Assembly: GCA_964438405.1 (NCBI GenBank)
Contig: CAYTKF010000001.1
Location: forward strand, 18,860 to 82,859
DNA length: 64,000 bases
From: an uncultured Candidatus Saccharibacteria bacterium
Lineage (GTDB): Bacteria > Patescibacteriota > Minisyncoccia > UBA9983
Direction: 5' to 3'
The notes below the pieces were generated by a model, which saw only the letters and a program-made list of their open reading frames with translations, had not been told where the DNA came from and searched no databases. This document shows, one piece after another, positions 56,951 through 64,000 of this stretch. Both the position numbers and the translations under genes were made by a program. The first letter of the stretch is position 1. The number at the start of each line of letters is the position of its first letter.

Positions 56951-57916
56951 ATGGATTACAAAATAATGATGCCGTCAAAGCCAAAAATTGTTTCAGAGGA
57001 GGGTAATAAGGGAACATATGAGATAGAGGGTTGTTATGCCGGCTACGGCTACACTCTCGGCAACTCTTTAAGAAGAGTGATTCTTTCTTCTATTCCCGGC
57101 GCAGCAGTTACCTCCATAAAGATAGAGGGCATGCCACACGAATTTTCTAAAATAGAAGGTATAAAAGAAGATGTCATTACCATTCTTTTAAATTTGAAAA
57201 AAATAAGATTTAAATTGCACAGCGACGATCCCCAAAAGATCAAACTTTCGGTCCGGGGGATAAAAGATGTTTTTGCCAAAGACATTGAAGCGCCGTCGCA
57301 GGTTGAAGTATTAAATAAAAACGAACATATTGCCACTCTCACTGCCAAGAACGCAAAATTGGAAGTTGAAATGGTTGTGGAAAAAGGACTTGGCTATGTA
57401 GCCAAAGAAAATATCAATAAAGAAAAAGTGGAGATAGGCACCATTGTCATGGACGCTGTTTTTACTCCCATAAGAAGAGTTAATTACGAAGTGGAAAATA
57501 TGCGTGTCGGCGATAAAATAGATTATAATCGCCTGAAATTTTTTATAGAAACTGACGGTTCCATCTCGCCAAGAGAGGCACTGGAAAAGGCCATTGAGAT
57601 AATGATAGGCCACCTAAAAGCAGTCATCGGCTTTCAGGAAAAAGAAATTCCTTTTGAAGAAATGGCCGAGGCCCAGGCGGAAAAGATAAAAGAAATGAAA
57701 GAAGAAGTTGAGGACACGGAAATTTTAAAGATAAGAGTGGAAGATCTGCAATTTTCATCAAGAACGCTCAATGCGCTTTCCGAAGCAGGCATAAGAACGC
57801 TTGGCGGCCTTAGCAGAAAAAAAGAGGATGATTTGCGCGAATTAAAAGGTGTGGGTGAAAGGGCCATACAGGAAATAAGGCGCGCTCTGGGCAACTACGG
57901 ACTTACGCTAAAATAA
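56951..57916 (+). CDS. rpoA: RNA polymerase alpha subunit
   Basis: GYG.TLGNSLRR.ILSS, HEFS.I.G.KED, DA.FTPI, VE..RVG, ETDGS; alpha-CTD. Confidence 0.97.
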   Translation: MDYKIMMPSKPKIVSEEGNKGTYEIEGCYAGYGYTLGNSLRRVILSSIPGAAVTSIKIEGMPHEFSKIEGIKEDVITILLNLKKIRFKLHSDDPQKIKLSVRGIKDVFAKDIEAPSQVEVLNKNEHIATLTAKNAKLEVEMVVEKGLGYVAKENINKEKVEIGTIVMDAVFTPIRRVNYEVENMRVGDKIDYNRLKFFIETDGSISPREALEKAIEIMIGHLKAVIGFQEKEIPFEEMAEAQAEKIKEMKEEVEDTEILKIRVEDLQFSSRTLNALSEAGIRTLGGLSRKKEDDLRELKGVGERAIQEIRRALGNYGLTLK

Positions 57917-57918
57917 TC

Positions 57919-58266
57919 ATGAGACATTTAAAGAAAGGCAGAAAATTTGGAAGAGAGAAAAATCAGAGAAAGGCATTTTTGAAATCGCTTATTTTTAATC
58001 TGGCAAAACGCGGAAAAATAAAAACAACAGAGGCCAGGGCAAAAGAAATAAAACCGCTTATGGAAAAACTGATAACACGCGCCAAAAAAGAAGGGCTTTC
58101 CAATTACAGAATTCTTGTTTCAAGAATCGGGCAATTAACAGCAAAAAAACTTATCAAAGAAATAGCGCCGAAATACAAAGAAAGAAACGGCGGGTACACA
58201 CGGATTATCAAGGCGCCCAGACGCAAAGGGGATGCCAGTAAAATGGCGATAATAGAATTAATATGA
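57919..58266 (+). CDS. rplQ: 50S ribosomal protein L17
   Basis: MRH.K.GRK.GR, I.TTEARAKE, R.GGYTRI, R.GD. Confidence 0.97.
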   Translation: MRHLKKGRKFGREKNQRKAFLKSLIFNLAKRGKIKTTEARAKEIKPLMEKLITRAKKEGLSNYRILVSRIGQLTAKKLIKEIAPKYKERNGGYTRIIKAPRRKGDASKMAIIELI

Positions 58267-58613
58267 AGAAAGAATATGTTTTAGACGCAAAGGATAAGGC
58301 AGTTGGCCGGCTGGCATCAGAGACAGCTCTTCTTTTGCGCGGGAAAAAAGAACCAAATTTCACTCCCAATAAAATGCCCCAAATAAAAGTAAAAATAATA
58401 AATTCCTCGCAAATAAAAATCAGCGAGAAAAAGGCAATGGGTAAAACCTACAGGCGCCATTCGCATTATCCGGGAGGAGAAAAAAAAGAAACCTTAAAAA
58501 AGGTGCTGGAGAGAAAGGGAATTAATTTTATAATCAGAAAGGCTGTCATGGGCATGCTCCCCAAAAACAGACTCCAGAGAAAGATTATTAAAAATTTGGT
58601 AATAAATGAATAA
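58263..58613 (+). CDS. rplM: 50S ribosomal protein L13
   Basis: DA.....GRLAS..A..LRGK..P.FTP, Y.RHS.YPGG, AV.GMLPKN. Confidence 0.96.
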   Translation: MKKEYVLDAKDKAVGRLASETALLLRGKKEPNFTPNKMPQIKVKIINSSQIKISEKKAMGKTYRRHSHYPGGEKKETLKKVLERKGINFIIRKAVMGMLPKNRLQRKIIKNLVINE

Positions 58614-59064
58614 TATGGAGAAAGGCAAGCAGAAATCCGCCTCAACGGCGGACTCGCCGAAGAGGCGAGAATATTTTGAGGCAGCGGGAAGAAGAAAAAC
58701 ATCAGTGGCGCGGGTGAGAATTTTTCCAGATGCCGGCGGGAAAACTCTTTCCATCTCAATAAACGGAAAGGATTTTAAAACTTATCTGGCCACAAAAGAA
58801 CTCCAGCATATTGCTGAGGCGCCGTTTAAAAAAATAAAATTGACGCAGAAGCCGAGCGTAACTATAAAAGTTTCCGGCGGAGGCATTCATTCGCAGGCAG
58901 AGGCAATACGCCACGGCATCAGTCGGGCGCTCACAAAAATAGATAAAGAGTTGCGAAAAACTCTCAAACCCGAAGGATTCTTAAAGCGCGACCCACGCAT
59001 GAAAGAACGCAGAAAATTCGGCCTCAAAAAAGCAAGAAAAGCTCCACAATGGAGCAAGAGATAA
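58606..59064 (+). CDS. rpsI: 30S ribosomal protein S9
   Basis: GRRKTSVARV, V.GGG...QAEAIRHGI.RAL, RDPR.KERRK.GL.KAR.APQWSKR. Confidence 0.97.
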   Translation: MNNMEKGKQKSASTADSPKRREYFEAAGRRKTSVARVRIFPDAGGKTLSISINGKDFKTYLATKELQHIAEAPFKKIKLTQKPSVTIKVSGGGIHSQAEAIRHGISRALTKIDKELRKTLKPEGFLKRDPRMKERRKFGLKKARKAPQWSKR

Positions 59065-59137
59065 AACAGTGTTATACTAAAATAGGTCGTTTAGGGTTAA
59101 GAATTAATTATTAATAATCTAATTAAATTATAATTTT

Positions 59138-59416
59138 ATGACAAATTTGCCGGGTTTTTTACAAACCCCGTTTATGGCGGGACTTTCAACGGGATTTTTT
59201 CTTGTCATTCTTGCCTGGTCTCTTTTTTGGAAGGGATGGGCTTTGTGGAGGTCTGCCAGAACAGGACATAAATGGTGGTTTGTGGCTTTGTTGGTAATTA
59301 ATACTGTCGGTATCTTAGAAATTCTTTATCTTTTTGTTTTCAGCAAAAAGGGAGGTGTTTCAATAATGAAGACAGAAGAAAGCAAAACCCCAGAGCCTCC
59401 AATGAGTACGATGTAA
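59138..59416 (+). CDS. DUF5652-like small membrane protein
   Basis: WSLFWKGWALWRSAR....WFVALL.INT.GILEILY. Confidence 0.8.
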   Translation: MTNLPGFLQTPFMAGLSTGFFLVILAWSLFWKGWALWRSARTGHKWWFVALLVINTVGILEILYLFVFSKKGGVSIMKTEESKTPEPPMSTM

Positions 59417-59489
59417 AAAAACGTCCCGCCGCTCGCGAGCGACGGGATTTTCGTTTATTTAAAATAAATATTGTGTAAATTACAGCAAT

Positions 59490-59774
59490 ATGCTTAAATT
59501 AAAAAATGCTATTAATGCAATTAAAGAAGAAAATTATGATACGGCGATTAAAATTTGCCAAGATCTTAAAAATTTAGAAATAACAGAATTACTTAATAGA
59601 TATAACATTGATAAACATAGCCATGGTCATTATTTAAGACGCGGAGAAAGATTAAGCAAAGACGGATTTCCGCGTGAAAAAATTTTACAAATGATTGAGG
59701 CGGAAATAGAAAATCCTCCAAGGGTCATTTCAAGGGCTGATTGGACCGGTCATCATAAAGAAAGAAATCAATAG
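59490..59774 (+). CDS. Hypothetical protein
   Basis: 94 aa ORF between two hairpin terminators. Confidence 0.55.
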   Translation: MLKLKNAINAIKEENYDTAIKICQDLKNLEITELLNRYNIDKHSHGHYLRRGERLSKDGFPREKILQMIEAEIENPPRVISRADWTGHHKERNQ

Positions 59775-59796
59775 TTTTAAAATTAAAATAATTTGA

Positions 59797-59822
59797 GGCC
59801 GTTGGCGTGATATCCAACGGCC
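59797..59822. terminator. Hairpin between convergent ORFs
   Basis: GGCCGTTGG...CCAACGGCC. Confidence 0.6.
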
Positions 59823-59829
59823 CCTGTTT

Positions 59830-60060
59830 CTACTGGACCAGACCGATCATCTCTCGGTCCAGCAATTCTTCTTTTTGTCCTGTTTTTGCCTGCGAGACGA
59901 GTCGGTCGATTTCGCTCCTTACCTCCGGGTTGAGACCCTCGAGATGTTCCCTTTGGACTCGCTGAGCATCGTTATATGCATCAGCAGCCCTATCATACGT
60001 TCTTCGTGTCGACTCAACTGCGCAGGCGAGAAGCAGGGCGATTTTTACATTTCTATTCGT
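59830..60060 (-). CDS. Small helical protein with non-canonical (ACG) start, or start-codon pseudogene
   Basis: Open frame TNRNVKIALLLACAVESTRRTYDRAADAYNDAQRVQREHLEGLNPEVRSEIDRLVSQAKTGQKEELLDREMIGLVQ*; GAGG 7 nt before ACG. Confidence 0.45.
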   Translation of the reverse strand, partial: TNRNVKIALLLACAVESTRRTYDRAADAYNDAQRVQREHLEGLNPEVRSEIDRLVSQAKTGQKEELLDREMIGLVQ

Positions 60061-60140
60061 AACACCACCTCGCTTTCCAATTTTATAATAACATAAATAT
60101 AAAATTTATCAATCTTATTTTTAATGTTATAATATTTATT

Positions 60141-61289
60141 ATGATAGAACGAGGTATCGCAACATTCGGCCTTGATTACGGTAAATGCCCGGCGTGGCTG
60201 TTTGAGCGCATGAAAAAACTTGGCAAACAAGTGGTAGAAATAATGACTGGAGAATACGGTCCGGACGAATTTATAAAAAGAATGGCTGACCCGGTTTGGT
60301 TCCAGTCTCTGGGAACTGTTTTGGCTTTTGACTGGAATGCATCGGGTCTTACCACAATTCTTACTGCTGCATTAAAAGAAGCAATAAGAGGTGATGAAAA
60401 AAATCTAGGAGTTTTTATGTGCGGAGGCAAAGGAAAAACTTCTCTTAAGACTCCTGATGAAATTAAAAATTGGGGAGAGAGATTAAGTTTAAGTGCAAAC
60501 GCCACAGAAAACCTTTCTTATAATTCCAAAATGGCTGCCAAGGTTGACAGCGCTCTTGTACAGGACGGATTCCAGATTTATCATCACGCGTTTTTATTTT
60601 CTAAAAACGGAGCCTGGACAGTTGTCCAGCAGGGAATGAATGCTGGCAATCAGACAGCCAGACGATATCACTGGCATTCAAAAAATGTAAAAGATTTGGT
60701 TAATGAACCGCACACAGGCATAACCGCTCCGCAAAAATTATCAACACTAAATCTCTCTGCGCAAAAAAGTGATGAGACAAGAAAATTAAGCACAGAGCTT
60801 GTTAAGGGTGGTTACTACGGCTTAATGAAAGATATAAAAATCTTGAGAGCTCATTCTTCTGATTTGTCGCAGATGATTAAATTTAAGGCGAAACATGGCA
60901 GACAACTTACCTTGCTTAATTTGGAAACAAAAGAATTTAAATGGCATCCGGTTGTAAACGAAGACTTCAGTAAAAGCAAATATCTGGAAAAAATCTTAGC
61001 TAAGGCATGCGACACCAAGCCGGAAAATTACGAAAAACTTCTGGCAATGCAGGGAGTGGGGCCAAAAACAATGCGCGCCCTAAGTTTAGTTTCTGAAGTT
61101 ATTTATGGCGCCAAACCGTCTTACGAAGACCCGGCCCGCTACTCATTTGCCCACGGCGGAAAAGACTCCACGCCATATCCCATAGACCGCAAAACATTTG
61201 ACTCCAGCATCAGCTTTTTCCGCATGATTGTTTCCAAAATGAAACTGCCCGCGTCAGAAAAGAAAAAGATGCTGGAAAAGTTGATATAA
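60141..61289 (+). CDS. DUF763 family protein
   Basis: P.WLF.RM, DP.WFQSLG.V..FDW..SG.TT, GGKG, AKVD....QDG, VVQQGMN, ARRYHW, GVGPKT (HhH), DPA.YSFAHGGKD. Confidence 0.88.
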   Translation: MIERGIATFGLDYGKCPAWLFERMKKLGKQVVEIMTGEYGPDEFIKRMADPVWFQSLGTVLAFDWNASGLTTILTAALKEAIRGDEKNLGVFMCGGKGKTSLKTPDEIKNWGERLSLSANATENLSYNSKMAAKVDSALVQDGFQIYHHAFLFSKNGAWTVVQQGMNAGNQTARRYHWHSKNVKDLVNEPHTGITAPQKLSTLNLSAQKSDETRKLSTELVKGGYYGLMKDIKILRAHSSDLSQMIKFKAKHGRQLTLLNLETKEFKWHPVVNEDFSKSKYLEKILAKACDTKPENYEKLLAMQGVGPKTMRALSLVSEVIYGAKPSYEDPARYSFAHGGKDSTPYPIDRKTFDSSISFFRMIVSKMKLPASEKKKMLEKLI

Positions 61290-61307
61290 AAATGTTATAA
61301 TTTTATC

Positions 61308-62750
61308 ATGACAAAGTTTTTTAAATTTTTAAGAAGGCGGTGGATTGTTGCTTTTGTTATTGTTTTAATTCTGCTTGGTGCGGTTTATTTTTTGTTTTTT
61401 CGGAAATCCGGGAATACCACTTATGAAGCCGGCGTTGTCAAAAGGGGCGTGGTTGTGCAGGAGGTAAGCGTCACCGGCACGGTCAAGCCAGCCACCAGCG
61501 TTGATTTGGGCTTTCAGGTGGGCGGAAAAGTTTCGTTTATAAATACTGATGTTGGAAAAAGGGTTGGCGCGGGACAGGTGCTTGTCACTCTTTCTAATTT
61601 GGATTTAAAAGCCCAGCTTGCTCAGGCGCAGGCAAAATTAGACGAGCTTAAAAAGGGCACCCGGCCCGAAGAAATAATTATTCAGGAGGGAAAAATTCAG
61701 GATGCCAAAGACAATTTGCTTGATGTCATCAGCGACAGCTACACAAAATCAGACGATGCCATCAGAAATAAAACAGACAAACTTTTCAGTAATCCATCCA
61801 CCTTTCCTCAGCTCAATATTTATGTTAATGATTTGAATTTGAAATCGCAGATAGAGTCAGACAGATTTTCTATTGAAAGCATACTTAACAGATGGAAAAA
61901 TAATCTTTCCAGCGCCGCTGAGGCAAAAATCGGTATAAACAGCGTTAAAAATTTTCTGGATAAACTTGCCTCGGCAGTAAACATACTAAGCCCGACATCA
62001 TCTCTTTCACAAACAATTATTGACGGTTATAAAGCAGACATCTCCACTGCCCGCACAAACATAAATACGGCAATAACAAATCTCTCTGCTGCTGAATCCA
62101 CTCTTTCGCAGGAAGAAAACCAATTGGCACTGGATAAGGCAGGCACTGTTTCAGAACAAATAAGGGCGCAGGAAGCAGCGGTTGAAGAAGTGCAGGCCTA
62201 TCTGGCAAAAACCATTATCTATTCGCCCATAAACGGAATTGTCACAAAACAAGAAGCAAAAGTTGGAGAAATAATATCAGCAAACACAACAGTTGTTTCT
62301 GTAATTTCTGATGTCAAATATCAGATAGAGGCGTATGTGCCAGAGGCAGATATTGCCAAAATAAAAATAAACGATCCTGCCAAAGTGACGCTTGATGCCT
62401 ATGGAAGCGACATAAATTTTGAAGCAAAGGTTGTGGCAATTGACCCGGCGGAAACCGTCATAGAAGGAGTTTCAACTTACAAAACCACTCTGCAATTTAC
62501 AAAAGAGGATGAACGGGTGAAATCCGGAATGACAGCCAACACGGATATTCTGACAGCCAAAAAAGAAAATACTTTATATGTCCCGCAAAGGGCGGTGCTC
62601 ACAAAAGACGGAGAAAAAATAGTGCGCGTCATAAACGGAACGCAGATTAATGAAGTGCCGGTGCAAATCGGTCTCAAGGGCTCTGACGGAAACATAGAAA
62701 TCCTGAACGGACTCAATGAAAACGACAAGATAGTGGTGTACATGAAGTAA
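61308..62750 (+). CDS. MacA-like periplasmic adaptor (membrane fusion protein)
   Basis: TM, V.VTGTV, lipoyl halves (GKV....VG..V..GQ.L / I.SPINGIV), V.E.DI.KI, GMTA. Confidence 0.9.
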   Translation: MTKFFKFLRRRWIVAFVIVLILLGAVYFLFFRKSGNTTYEAGVVKRGVVVQEVSVTGTVKPATSVDLGFQVGGKVSFINTDVGKRVGAGQVLVTLSNLDLKAQLAQAQAKLDELKKGTRPEEIIIQEGKIQDAKDNLLDVISDSYTKSDDAIRNKTDKLFSNPSTFPQLNIYVNDLNLKSQIESDRFSIESILNRWKNNLSSAAEAKIGINSVKNFLDKLASAVNILSPTSSLSQTIIDGYKADISTARTNINTAITNLSAAESTLSQEENQLALDKAGTVSEQIRAQEAAVEEVQAYLAKTIIYSPINGIVTKQEAKVGEIISANTTVVSVISDVKYQIEAYVPEADIAKIKINDPAKVTLDAYGSDINFEAKVVAIDPAETVIEGVSTYKTTLQFTKEDERVKSGMTANTDILTAKKENTLYVPQRAVLTKDGEKIVRVINGTQINEVPVQIGLKGSDGNIEILNGLNENDKIVVYMK

Positions 62751-62755
62751 TTTTT

Positions 62756-63472
62756 ATGTCCCTTATTGAAGTTAAAAATTTGTGCAAGACCTATGTGAAT
62801 GATGGGGTAGAAACGCCTGCTGTTAAAAACGTCAGTTTTAATATTGAAAAGGGAGAATTTGTGGCCATCATAGGACCGTCTGGCTCCGGCAAGTCCACGC
62901 TTTTGCATGTGCTTGGATTCTTGGACCGCCACAGCGCAGGCGAATATAAATTTGACAACAAAACCATAGACGATTATACGGACGAAGAGATTGCCCGCGT
63001 GCGCAATGAAAAAATGGGTTTTATTTTTCAATCATTCAATCTTCTCGGCAGAACAAGTGTGCTTGAGAACGTTAAATTACCCCTGCTTTATTCCAGCGTA
63101 AAAGAATCTGAATGGAACTCTTTGGCGGAAAAAGCAATTGAATCAGTCGGCCTGAAGCATCGTATTAATTACGATTCTTCGCGGCTTTCCGGCGGAGAAA
63201 AACAGAGAGTGGCCATCGCGCGTGCTCTTGTAAATAATCCAGAGGTTATTTTTGCTGACGAACCAACCGGAAATCTTGATTCCAAATCCGGCCAGCAGGT
63301 CATGGAAATTATACAGAAGCTGAATGAGAAAGAGAACCACACTGTCATTCTTATTACCCACGAAACTTATACAGCAGAGCACGCCCAGAGAATTATTAAA
63401 ATTCATGACGGCGAAATAGAAAGCGACCAAAAAATCGAGCATCGTCACGGCGCAACCGAGTTTAGAAAGTAA
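62756..63472 (+). CDS. MacB/LolD-type ABC transporter ATP-binding protein
   Basis: [46 protein letters not shown]. Confidence 0.95.
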   Translation: MSLIEVKNLCKTYVNDGVETPAVKNVSFNIEKGEFVAIIGPSGSGKSTLLHVLGFLDRHSAGEYKFDNKTIDDYTDEEIARVRNEKMGFIFQSFNLLGRTSVLENVKLPLLYSSVKESEWNSLAEKAIESVGLKHRINYDSSRLSGGEKQRVAIARALVNNPEVIFADEPTGNLDSKSGQQVMEIIQKLNEKENHTVILITHETYTAEHAQRIIKIHDGEIESDQKIEHRHGATEFRK

Positions 63473-63473
63473 T

Positions 63474-64000
63474 ATGATACTTAAGTATACTTTAAAAACA
63501 GCTGTCACCGGTTTAAGAACCCACAAGTCGCGCTCAGCGCTTACTATTTTGGGTATTGTCATTGGCATCACTGCCATCATGCTTGTCATTTCTCTGGGCA
63601 AGGGCGCGGAAGATTTAATTTTGAACCAAATCAAAAGCATTGGCGCCAAAACAATTGCCATTGCACCGGGCAGACAGCCAACCGGCCCCACAGACATGGC
63701 ATCCCTTTTTACTGATTCTTTAAAAAACAAAGATCTTGACGCGCTCAAAAATAAAAATAATGTTCCGCATCTGGCGCAGATAATGCCTGTTGTTTTCGGC
63801 AGTGAAGTAATTGCTTATGGAAACGACACATACCGGCCCACCATCTTCGGTGTCACCAGTTTTTTTACGGATATATATAATGTTTATCCGAGCCAAGGAA
63901 GAAATTTTGAAGATGATGATATTATCAGCAACGCCAATGTCGTCATAATCGGCTCCAAAGTCAAAGACCAGCTTTTTGGCGACAGCGATGCCGTGGCACA
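63474..64000 (+). CDS. MacB-type ABC permease, N-terminal part (runs off window)
   Basis: Manual translation MILKYTLKTAVTGLRTHKSRSALTILGIVIGITAIMLVISLGKG... Confidence 0.9.
   Translation, partial: MILKYTLKTAVTGLRTHKSRSALTILGIVIGITAIMLVISLGKGAEDLILNQIKSIGAKTIAIAPGRQPTGPTDMASLFTDSLKNKDLDALKNKNNVPHLAQIMPVVFGSEVIAYGNDTYRPTIFGVTSFFTDIYNVYPSQGRNFEDDDIISNANVVIIGSKVKDQLFGDSDAVA

Noticed and set aside
679-63748. Many 60-200 aa antisense or nested ORFs in the track (e.g. 6203-6556, 8693-9247, 45459-46052, 55875-56474, 62477-63031, 63143-63748)
   Set aside because: Shadows of well-supported genes on the opposite strand or frame, with no independent motifs
1-64000. Alternative genetic code (TGA=Gly, as in Gracilibacteria/Absconditabacteria)
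   Set aside because: Core genes translate full length in code 11 and TGA serves as a stop (e.g. priA, rplQ)

Overview
AT-rich bacterial chromosome segment (genetic code 11). Gene content and architecture point to Patescibacteria/CPR, probably Parcubacteria (inference). The backbone is housekeeping: GT39/GtrA glycosylation genes, priA, two mreB, holB-like, frr, rseP, proS, mreC/mrdA, lysS, a dcw cluster (mraZ-rsmH-ftsL-ftsI-murF-tRNA-Glu-dac-mraY...ftsW-murG), cysS, corA, ctpA, infA-rpmJ-rpsM-rpsK-rpsD-rpoA-rplQ-rplM-rpsI and a MacAB-type transporter. An ~18 kb accessory block between rseP and proS encodes secreted proteases, a minimal type IV pilus/T2SS-like locus and a large adhesin. The most striking unexplained structure is two PaaX/Cas2-like genes. 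Each is bracketed by its own pair of ~40-44 bp imperfect palindromes centred on CGATCG (one copy CGGTCG), has near-identical upstream geometry, and sits at a break in a normally adjacent core gene pair (rseP|proS, ftsW|murG). Also notable: an exact 209 bp multi-hairpin element duplicated before rpsM and rpsK, palindromes and heptamer repeats inside coding sequences, an unassigned structured-RNA candidate, a hidden ORF with an ACG start, and pervasive leaderless-type promoters. All family assignments come from motif recognition by eye; no searches were run.
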